Shown here: positions 54,101 through 64,000 of the stretch, piece by piece
How the letters are laid out: each line of letters starts with the position of its first letter
How positions within the stretch are numbered: the stretch's first letter is position 1
NCBI GenBank assembly: GCA_050575255.1
Contig: JBNZDD010013714.1
Coordinates: 2,365,494 to 2,429,493 of the forward strand
DNA: 64,000 bases
Origin: Harriotta raleighana
Taxonomy: Eukaryota
Direction: 5' to 3'
Position numbers and translations under genes: made by a program
Notes under the pieces: model-generated
What the model was told of the DNA's origin: nothing
The model's input: only the letters and a program-made list of their open reading frames with translations
The model's database searches: none

Positions 54101-57100
54101 AGATTATTATCATTATTATCCTAGTCCAAGCTGTCAGTGTTCCTGGGTAAGACTAGACATTGTGAAAACATTCTGTAGCATTGAATGCTGACAATTAATA
54201 ATCTTTCAATTAACAGTACATCATAGTAATTTGCAGTTTCCCATCCATAAAACCAGGAAATTAATTAGTGTACATTAATCAAAATCTTGTTTAGATACAA
54301 ATAATATGCTCATAATAATCCTTGCATTTGATATACTGCTTATCATGTCAGTGAGAAATCTCAAAGCTCTTCACAGAATACATTTTAAAGTGCATTGATG
54401 GAGTCTTTAATGGGAGAAACATGCACAACAGCAGTGTCCCACAAACAGTCGTGGATTAAGTTATGAGTAGTACTATAGTATTTTTTGAGAAATTATTACC
54501 CCCGGAAAATGATCCACCAATCAGCCAACAACCAGGTTCCTACTTAGTGCTAGGTAAACGAAGCAAGTAAAGTGAGTTTTTGCTGCATTGTACTCTATAT
54601 TTACTAGGCAGTAATTTGCCCTTTTGAGTGGAGTTTGAATGAGTTCTCAGTATTATGACTAGCTCGATTACAGTTTCATGCTGCGGGGGTCAAGCCTCCT
54701 TGAGATGCTTTGAATAAAGTGTCTATCAAAGAAAATGGTCACTTTGTTTTAATGTACGAGCTGACATTGGTATACAATGAAATACATGAGAAATGGGTTC
54801 AAATTNNNNNNNNNNAAAAATATATATATATAAAGCTGCTATTTACTGTAAAGGCTACTTTTATAAATGTAACAGTTGAAGTACTCACCCCAGCAGCTGC
54901 TCTGTTATTGTGCTGATATGTCTTTAATGATTTCGGAGGAGAAACGGTACGCGCTGTAATGGTACTGAAGGCAGTGATGTATAGAACTGTAGCACTTAGG
55001 TTAAAGCACATTACCTGTGGAAAGAGAAAGATTTTATCAGGAGAATACCATAAACATGGGTGTTTATGATTCTTTTTTATCTTAGATCTGACAATAAGTC
55101 ACACAGTGAGATCAGTAAAATTCTTACACCTTTCACATCTGGAGAATGTCTCGTTAAAGTACTTTGGAAGAATTGATTGTAAAGCGCAGGGAACCCACAG
55201 CCCTCTGGTTCCGAGGCGAGTATATTATCAGTTCAGCCAGGCTGACACAAATGCCCCTTGTGTCTTCTCCCACACCAGGCTGTGCGAACCTGTCGCCCTC
55301 ATCCTCGCCCATACTCCACTAGTTTCCCATCAAACTATCAATCCATCCACTTGATAGAATATTTTTAAAAATTCCTTAGCAATCACACCGTCAGTATTGA
55401 GCTTTCTAAAGGAATTCCTAACACATTTATTGGTGAAAGCAGCCCAATAACCATAGCTACACGAATTATAGAAGAAATCAAGTGGACTCCTGTAGCACAG
55501 TGGTTAGTGTACTCGCTTTGCAAGCTAGAGACCTGGATTCAATTCCTGGCAAGGCGAAACCTTGGGCAAGTTTCCTTACTCCACCCACCTTCAGCCACTC
55601 TGCCCCAACCATTGCAATTCCATCCTGCAGTCTCTACTCCTCACCCACTCCCTAACCTTCTTCTAGTCCTGCCTCCAGACCCACCCTTTCAGTCGTGCCT
55701 TCTATCACCCCCCTTCCCTTCTCTTCCCGATCCCAACCCCAGCTCAGGTCTGAATCACTGAATGTCCAGCGCTCTGGGACATCCTCCCGATGTGAACAGC
55801 GCTACACAAATGTAATTTTGTTGGTGAGATCTAACAACAATAGTGAAATGACAGTATATCAACTTCCAAGTTGACTTCTTTTTTGATCAAAAATAAAAAT
55901 GTAACAGGCTGGTAACTTTGCTGTAACTAACAACCCAACTCCATGTCCCTGGAATAGACACTTATACCTGTAGCAGAAAGCAATTCACTGCCTCTTAGGA
56001 AACTTATATTAATAATAATAATCCTTGAATTTTGATATAGCGCTTTTCACAATTTATCGACGTCTCAAAGCGCTTCACAGAAGCTGTATACTGTAAAGTG
56101 AATTGATTGTATATTTATGGGCGAAACGTGGCAGCCAATTGCGCACAGCAGTGTCCCACAAACAGTCATGGATTGAAATGACCAATTTTATTATTGTGTT
56201 TTTTTTGAGGGATTATTATTAGGCATGTGGAGTAAGGAAACTTGCCCAAGGTTTCACCCGGATCTGCCTGGATTCGAGGACAGATCTCAGGCTTGTCAGG
56301 CGAGTGCTCTAACCACTGAGCAACAGAAGCTCCAAACTTACCACAAGAACCCAAGGCACCATTGGCAGTTTTGCAGTCAGGCCCAGCAGATACAAAGCAA
56401 ACAGTATAATGGTTAACAACCATACGAATACTGCTACAAACATCACCCAGCCAAATGCAGGGTCATTCCCAAAGTGAGAGCCAGCAACCAGGGCCCACAC
56501 CAAGAGGCCGATTACCTGCAAGGAAAATAACGACAAAAAAATCTTATGTCACCAAACTTGCGGTAAATACAAATGCATTGTTACCCTTGCTCCCTGTCAA
56601 TGCTCTCTTTTCCTTAAGCGTCGACTCGCGCTGCTGATGATTGTCCCAGACTTTCAGCACGGAGTTTTGTAGCTCAGTGGTTAGGGCACTCGCCTCGCAA
56701 GCAAGAGACCCGGGTTCGATTTCCAGCAGGGCAAAACCTTGGGCAAGTTTCCTTACTCCACACGCCTGATTATAATCCATCACGAAAAAATAAACACAAT
56801 AATTCAGTCAGTTCAATCCCCGCATTTGTGGGACACTACTGTGCGCAATTGGCTTCCGAGTTTTTCCCACAAATACTATATACAGACTATTCATTTCACA
56901 GTATATTCTGTGAAGCGCTTTAAGGCATCTAGAAAATGTGAAATGCACTATTTCAAATGCAAAGATTATTATCATTATTATCCTAGTCCAAGCTGTCAGT
57001 GTTCCTGGGTAAGACTAGACATTGTGAAAACATTCTGTAGCATTGAATGCTGACAATTAATAATCTTTCAATTAACAGTACATCATAGTAATTTGCAGTT

Positions 57101-60100
57101 TCCCATCCATAAAACCAGGAAATTAATTAGTGTACATTAATCAAAATCTTGTTTAGATACAAATAATATGCTCATAATAATCCTTGCATTTGATATACTG
57201 CTTATCATGTCAGTGAGAAATCTCAAAGCTCTTCACAGAATACATTTTAAAGTGCATTGATGGAGTCTTTAATGGGAGAAACATGCACAACAGCAGTGTC
57301 CCACAAACAGTCGTGGATTAAGTTATGAGTAGTACTATAGTATTTTTTGAGAAATTATTACCCCCGGAAAATGATCCACCAATCAGCCAACAACCAGGTT
57401 CCTACTTAGTGCTAGGTAAACGAAGCAAGTAAAGTGAGTTTTTGCTGCATTGTACTCTATATTTACTAGGCAGTAATTTGCCCTTTTGAGTGGAGTTTGA
57501 ATGAGTTCTCAGTATTATGACTAGCTCGATTACAGTTTCATGCTGCGGGGGTCAAGCCTCCTTGAGATGCTTTGAATAAAGTGTCTATCAAAGAAAATGG
57601 TCACTTTGTTTTAATGTACGAGCTGACATTGGTATACAATGAAATACATGAGAAATGGGTTCAAATTTATTTAAAAATAAGGCTTTATAACGGTAAATAA
57701 ATGAATCAATTTAAACCAAACATGTAAATGTAAATTCAGGCTTGGATTATCTACAATTGTTTGCTAAACCACATACAGCACACAGTGTGGTTTTATTAAT
57801 CTATCAATGTGCAGCTGAAGGGGTTTGCATCAGTGATGATTAATGAATTTTAAACACCTTACGCATTCTGGGTGTCAGCTTCCTTGCTATTGCTTGCAGA
57901 AAGTACCTTTGTGGAAAAAGTACTTTATACGAAAGACATGACCAACCCTACTTAATTTGACACAGGAAATGATCACATTGATACTTTTCTCAAAGTGTGA
58001 ATTACTTTGAAGTGTGATCAGGTATTTTAGCAATTAATATGCTAGCACTAGCCCACAAATAATGAAATAAATTGTTCTAGTTTTAATGGAATTAGAAATG
58101 GATTGTCTTTAAACAATTTACATCCCTTCATAATAACAACAACAACATTGCATTTATAGAGCACGTTTCACATCGGGAGGACATCTCAAGGCATTGATAA
58201 TAATAAGCCTTGCATTTAATATAGTGCCTTATCATATAAGATATTTCAAAGTGCTTCACAGGATATAGGTTTGACGATTTTACAGCCAAAGTGCGGCAGC
58301 CAATTGCACACAGCAGCATCCCGTAAAAAGGCCTGGAGTGGGTGACCGATTTTATTTGAGAGATTTGTTGGCCAGGACATTGGGAGAAATTCCCTGGTCT
58401 TTTTTTGAATAGTGGGATCCACCTGAACAAGGAGATTGGACCTTGGTTTAGTGTCTCATCCAAACAACTAATACCACACCTAAATCCTGTCTTGGAAGTT
58501 TTGAACACCCCATCATCTTTACCACTGAATAACTGAATAATCCTCCTCCTCCTGAATACAAACCATTGTTAATCTGTACAATTGGGTAAACTGTACCCTA
58601 CTCATCAGTCTTTTGTTTCTAAAAGTCCTTTCAACACTAAGTGTCTTCACAGCTGTTGTTACATTATAAAATCTATGCAGTGAAACAATGGCCTGTGTAT
58701 TGCCATGTGTTAGTCTGTGTTGTAATCGAGCTTGTTGTGGTTCAATAAGCTCTTGTTGCACTGAAAATAAAGGCTCTTGAAATTGGGCCCTATCCTTAAA
58801 CTGTTATTGTTGCCTTGCCAGCCGCAGAAAGAGGTTGAAATGAGATCGGAAGGGCCATTTTCATCTGATCAGTGATAACACTTAAGCAAATTGCAGCAGT
58901 ATTTTCTATGAAAATACCAGGGTGACCAAAAGATCTGTATATTTGACTGTATATTTGTGGCCAAAAATAGTTTTGCTTAAGAACTTGTTCCTTATTGGAC
59001 CACAATACTTTAACAAACTTGCGTGTAGCATTAGCTTACATAGGCTTCTGTATCAGCTTGCTTTATTTCAGTCAGGTCCAAGGAGGAAGCAGGCCCTTTT
59101 GGTTTGGTGATCTAAGTCAACTGATCTAAGCTAAGTCATCCACAGCTATGCTGGCAGTACATTTATAAACCTTATCTGTAGATGTTTGCAGCATCAAACA
59201 GTACAACTACTATTAAGAATTACATGTGTGGATAAGAGTGGGGGCAGAAAACTGGTTGTTTGGTAGATCTGCATAACTTATGAACACTACACATCCCTCG
59301 GACCTCTCAACAACAACAACAAAATTATACTTGTACAGCTCCTTTCACGCCAGGAGGACGTCCCAAGTCACTGGACAGTCACTGCTTCAGACCCGAGCTG
59401 AGGAGAGGAGGTGGGAAGGAGGGGATTAGGAGTTGCCGAAGGGTCCATCAAAGAGGTGAGTCTTGAGGTGAGACTTGAAGGAGGGGGCAAGGTGGAGGGA
59501 TGGCAGGATGGATTTCCAGAGGTTGGGGACAGAGTGGCTAAAGGCTTACACAGCAATGGTGGAGCGGGTGGGTCGGGGGCGGTGGAGCAGGCCAGAGCCT
59601 GCTGAGAGGTGGTGGTGGGGGGTGGGCAGGTTGATAAGGGGATAAGAGGTCATGGATGTAGGGTGGGCTGCGGTTGTTGTTGTTGTTGTGGAGGGCTTTA
59701 AAGGTGAGGACCAGGATCTTGAATTAGGTGCTTAATAACAATAGAATTGCTGAAGAATTTGGTTCCTGGCCCCAACCTCTCAGTTTGCATACAAAACAAA
59801 CATACTTCTACTGACTTGTGGGTAGAACCATAAAAAATATCAGGCTAATAGGCAGTCTCACATTACAGTGTTAAAGGAATTAAAGGTAGTTTATACCTGT
59901 GCTGAATTTGTTGATCTTAGGCAGGGCAGCAGTTAGGGGCTTGTGGGAAAGCCATATCAATATGCCCCTCCCTCACTCTTACCCTCCCCTAGAATATTCA
60001 TACAAATCCCACTACTCAGTTTAGTGTCTAGTGTCATATTTGTTCTTTTGCAAACGTCTCTGCACAAGTTGACAGAACAGTTTACATCCCACCAAAAAGG

Positions 60101-61350
60101 TGCAGTTTAACACGGACACCAACACATGGAAATCCCAGAGAGAGATTGTTGGAATGGAATGGAATGCGTACTCTCTCCCTGTGTACCTAATTCTAGAAAG
60201 TACGAGGTGCAGGTTGGCAGGAGGCAAGGCTTGGAGATCCCCAGAGCGTGCGTTTGAATAACCGCTGGAGTCTAACCAGCTAAAACCACCTCCTACCCGT
60301 TAGGGTTTGATTTACATGGTTAACGGGAGCTGAGTGGAAGGGTTCCTTGCACCCCCCCGAGGTGCTTAACACAGGAAAAGGCNGATTTACATGGTTAACG
60401 GGAGCTGAGTGGAAGGGTTCCTTGCACCCCCCCCGAGGTGCTTAACACAGGAAAAGGCAGAAATCATCTGTNCAGCGCCTTGGGACGTCCTCCTGACGTG
60501 AAACGCGCTCTATAAATGTAATTTTATTGTTGTTGTTGTTGTTGTTGAAATACAACCCACTCTATTTTCAAGGAAGGGACATCTTACCCCAGTAAATAGT
60601 CTGGAGCATTCTCACCACTGACATTTGAAGAGGCAGCAAAATACAACAACTGATATGGTCAATGCAATTCTCAACCTGACCCCAGGGAGGGTTATGTAAA
60701 CAGGAACTACAGGTAGGGATCTATATGCAAATTTCTCCTCCAGCAAATGCAATTCTGTGGTGTCCTTCAGCTCAGTGGTTAGAGCACTCGCCTTACAAGC
60801 AAAAGACCCGGGTTCAATTCCAGTCAGGGTGAAACCATGGACAAGTTTCCTTACCCCACACACCTCATAATAATCCCTCAAAAAAACCCAATAATAAAAT
60901 GGTTATTTCAATCCACGGCTGCTGTGTGCAATTGGCTGCTGTGTGTCGCCCACATGTATACAGTCAATTCACTTTACAATATATTCTGTGAAGAGATGTT
61001 CCAGAAGACGTGAAAAGCGCTACATCTACTGCAAGGATTATTATCAGTGTTATTAATACCCTATTCAAATCTCCAAAGTGCAAACAATTACCTCCAGAAA
61101 TTAGGCAGAAAATATATTTTTTTTTTACATGGGATCCATCCATGTGGATCCTTAACTTTAAACATCGATTATCACAGGAAAAGAAAAGTGAGCAAAGGAA
61201 CACACTTACTATTTCGGCCATCATCAATATCCCGAAGACTGATCTGATGAAGTAGATATTCACGCCGATGGGAGCGAACCTGCCTGTGGACTGGGTGGTG
61301 GTTTGAGGGGTGGTGCTGGTCTGTGTGCTCACTTGGTTTGGAAACTCCAT
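51049..61350 (-). CDS. PLLP: Plasmolipin (MARVEL tetraspan protein), whole gene model (4 exons, 179 aa)
   Basis: complement join(61210-61350,56342-56515,54889-55014,51049-51147) = 540 nt, all phase 0, GT-AG. Peptide MEFPNQVSTQTS..GLLVWALVA..PAFGWVMFVAVFVWL..FNLSATVLYITAF..RAAAGFFA; position tail-to-tail with ARL2BP fits known synteny. Exons 2-3 occur twice. Confidence 0.95.
52027..52152 (-). CDS. PLLP: PLLP exon 3 (copy B, in duplicated block)
   Basis: Same translation and splice sites as 54889-55014, offset 2862. Confidence 0.85.
53480..53653 (-). CDS. PLLP: PLLP exon 2 (copy B, in duplicated block)
   Basis: Same translation and splice sites as 56342-56515, offset 2862. Confidence 0.8.
54889..55014 (-). 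CDS. PLLP: PLLP exon 3 (copy A)
   Basis: cacag|VMCFNLSATVLYITAF...HNNRAAAG|gtgagt. Confidence 0.9.
56010..56333 (-). mobile_element. tRNA-headed Deu-type SINE starting 8 nt into PLLP intron 2 (also at 53148-53471)
   Basis: Minus strand GTAAGTTT then GGAGCTTCTGTTGCTCAGTGGTTAGAGCAC. Confidence 0.88.
56342..56515 (-). CDS. PLLP: PLLP exon 2 (copy A)
   Basis: tgcag|VIGLLVWALVAG...KLPMVPWVLV|gtaagt. Confidence 0.92.
56661..56982 (+). mobile_element. tRNA-headed Deu-type SINE (also at 53799-54120)
   Basis: ggagttttgtagctcagtggttagggcactcgcc..gggttcgatt head, core, tail. Confidence 0.88.
59305..59725 (-). mobile_element. L2 LINE 3' fragment
   Basis: IQFKILVLTFKALH at right end, tail with (TTG)n at left. 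Confidence 0.85.
60759..61045 (+). mobile_element. tRNA-headed Deu-type SINE
   Basis: Head, core and tail as in other copies. Confidence 0.85.
61210..61350 (-). CDS. PLLP: PLLP exon 1
   Basis: gcaATGG; MEFPNQVSTQ...FIRSVFGILMMAEI|gtaagt. Confidence 0.93.
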
Positions 61351-61563
61351 TGCGAAGACTGTGGGCGAGGCAGCACTGACTGAGACCTTAAGCACCACAA
61401 CTGCCACCCACTCGGGTTAGGACGGTTCTAAAGAAAGGAAAGCCTTGCTAGTGTGGGGGAACTTTACATACTTATCAGTTGCCTTACCGCTTGCTTTTTT
61501 TTGCTAGGGTTAGAACTGGTGGCTGGTGACTGACTGCTGAGGGCGTTAACCTGGGCTAAGCAT

Positions 61564-61570
61564 TGACTCA
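61564..61570. promoter_or_regulatory. AP-1 consensus upstream of PLLP
   Basis: TGACTCA about 215 nt upstream of the PLLP ATG; motif match only. Confidence 0.3.
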
Positions 61571-61982
61571 TGCCAGTTTACCATTGCCTGCAGCTGATCA
61601 AAGTTCATCCAGTCCCATTGTCAATTATTTCCTACGCTCGCCCGACTATCTTTGTTTGAAAGATTTGATGTCTGCGCTTATTGCTTACAGTGGTTCCTGT
61701 GTATGTATATAGTTATTGTCTAAAAGAGCAGCGAAATAAAACTGCTTCCCCTTCTTAAACCACGTGGCTGCACATTGGTGTTATAATAAAAAGCCGTGCT
61801 TGTATATCAGTGTGATGTATTCAGGAAAATCGCTGTTGTGTTTTGACAGATTGTGTTGTTTTATTGTTGTAGACAGATGATGTTGGATGTGAATGCAAAA
61901 TGTTGGATAAACAGTAGTGTACTATCAATGTCCCCGAGTGGGTGGAGAGATGGGCGCGGAGTTGCTTGGCAAACATCCTATT

Positions 61983-62205
61983 GACGTCTCAAAGCGCTTC
62001 ACAGAATATACTGTAAAGTGAATTGACTGTATATTTATGGGCATAAGGTGGCAGCCAATTGCGCACAGCAGCGTCCCAAAAACAGTAGTGGTTGAAAAGA
62101 CCAATTTTTTTTAAAAAAAATTGGGAGGGATTATTATTAGGCATGTGGAGTAAGGTCTCATACTTCTAAGGCGAATGCTCTAACCACTGAGCTACAGGAG
62201 CTCCA
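61983..62205 (-). mobile_element. tRNA-headed Deu-type SINE with internal deletion
   Basis: Head and core present; B-box region deleted. Confidence 0.8.
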
Positions 62206-64000
62206 CATCTTTCGTACCAGCACCCGAACCCTAACCACAACTCTGCCACTGTGGGGATGGTGCTCTGCAAAGGTCTGATATTTCCTGTTTTAAGAGAGAA
62301 AGAATGTAGATGCCTGGCTGTTACTCTGGTCACCATGTATACAGGGAGTGTACATGTGCAGTGTATAGTGAGTGTGTGTAAATCTCTCTACTGTTCCATT
62401 GTTACAGTTCACATGGGTTGCATCGATCTGTAAATACTGTATAAGTTCCATCTGACCATTCCCTTGTATGCTTTGCTATTTACACTGAGCTAGCTGTACC
62501 CGTTGCATCTAGCCTTGCAACCAAAGGATCCATTATGGAATGCAGATTTCAGTGATATCACTCGCCAACCATTTAACACAATAATAATAATCTTTGCAGT
62601 TGATATAGCACTTTTCACGACTTCCGGATGTCTCAAAGCGCTTTGCAGAATACAGTATGCTACGTATATTTGTGGGCGAAACATGCCATAGTGTACACCT
62701 TAAGCAGAATTACCATACATGTGCGATGAGCTTGTTTGGGTCTTGAAAGGCTTGATCTTCACTTCTTAGGCATCTTACGAAAATGTGTACAGTGTCCCTC
62801 TGCCGTCGTGTATTTCTTATATGTTACAGTAATGGTGTAACTTTATAACGCCATTCCTTAAGTTCTGATTGCGGTGTGCACTTTAATGGTTGACAAAATT
62901 TCAGCCCACTGGCAAAATTGCCGCACGCATATTTTGGTATAATCTCGTCTGATCATAGATACTGACTCAATACTTTTGGTATACTTTTTTTAGACCAGGC
63001 GATTGCAATACCTCTAACAAACCACATGCCATAAACCCTGTACTGTTTAACATTGTGCCAAGGAATGTATATTTTGGTATCATCTCACCAACAATTGCAG
63101 ATACTGACTGCATAATTATTGTTCGCTCATTTTTAGAGCTGGCGTATTCAGTAATAGCATTCACAAACCATCTCACATACCAATAAACTCTGAAGCAAAA
63201 CTTCCATACATGTGTGATGACTTTGTTTAGGTCATAGATCATCAACGAAACGAGAAACCCCCCCCAAAAAAAAAATTGCTATCTTAAATTAATTACTTGC
63301 TCAGGAGGAAAGCTCATATTTTTATTTATTCCATTTGAGAAATGTTCAGCGACTTGTACCTGAGTATTAGAGTCTGGAGTCAAGTCAGCAGGTTAATTGC
63401 CTTGCGCGAGGCTTTAGCAGAGAAGTGGAATGTTATAGGGATTGTGCCTTATTTGCTTTGGGAATGGTGCAGAGATTTCATACTAATCCCTCACACTCCC
63501 AACCACTCTGTGAAGTTTCACTATCAAGCTAGAAATGTTTCAACATTTCCTTGTTTAATCATCAATCACACACTTTGAAACAAGAACTTACCAACAGGGA
63601 AACAAACACAGATAGATTACACGACCCTGAAATGCATCCAGCAAAATCTCAGAACAGTATGTGTGAGTGTGGAATCATCTGAATAAACTGAGAGGCTATG
63701 CAAAGCACTTAAGATGTATTGTTGCTTTGTTAATTACTGTGTAAAGTTACCAATACTCCAGAGGCTCCTTCGTGTTTGCATTCATTTAAAGCCAAATGAA
63801 ATTCAGGCCAGGAGGCAGAGTGTACATTTACGCTGCCAGGCTAAATAAGTTTATCCAATACTTCAAGGTTCACTTTTATACAGCACATCTCACTCTATTT
63901 TCGTCCTCTCCTTTCATGAAGTTCCTGCCTCAAGTGCCAATACCATTGCCAAAGTTTGAACTCGGAGGTCACATTTGATATAACTTCACATACATGAAGT

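Larger units (their letters stand above)
51954..57667. repeat. Near-identical tandem duplication 51954-54805 / 54816-57667 separated by 10 N
   Basis: Offset 2862 throughout; only one substitution noticed by eye (cacccAga vs cacccGga, about 53398/56260). Confidence 0.97.

Noticed and set aside
61351-61407. GTG-initiated N-terminal extension of PLLP from the ORF track
   Set aside because: Homology starts at MEFP, whose ATG has a good Kozak context.
61410-64000. Chemokine genes expected next to PLLP from human synteny
   Set aside because: No signal-peptide or CC/CX3C exon recognisable in this stretch.

Overview
Vertebrate genomic DNA, not prokaryotic. The repeat content (tRNA-headed Deu-type SINEs, L2 and CR1 LINEs, Penelope-like remnants, pogo/Tigger-like MITEs) suggests a cartilaginous fish, possibly a chimaera; this is inference. 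Three intron-containing genes were reconstructed by hand, in the order and orientation I recall for human 16q13. RSPRY1 (+) has 14 coding exons, 5887-35965, 609 aa, and one GC-AG intron. ARL2BP (+) has 6 coding exons, 41716-47704, 164 aa, and two candidate first exons, one adding 17 aa in frame. PLLP (-) has 4 exons, 61350-51049, 179 aa. PLLP exons 2-3 appear twice in a near-identical 2852-bp duplication across a 10-N gap, probably an assembly artefact. Most noteworthy: a minimal hammerhead ribozyme in a Penelope-like remnant, a strong uORF whose stop abuts RSPRY1 ATG1 upstream of an internal MGNSCVC acylation-type start, one SINE body with three different LINE-type stem-loop tails, an unexplained GC-rich stop-free segment linked to such a tail, and inverted SINEs tightly flanking PLLP exon 2. 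I found no convincing wholly new multi-gene system. Family names come from recalled sequence features, not database searches.
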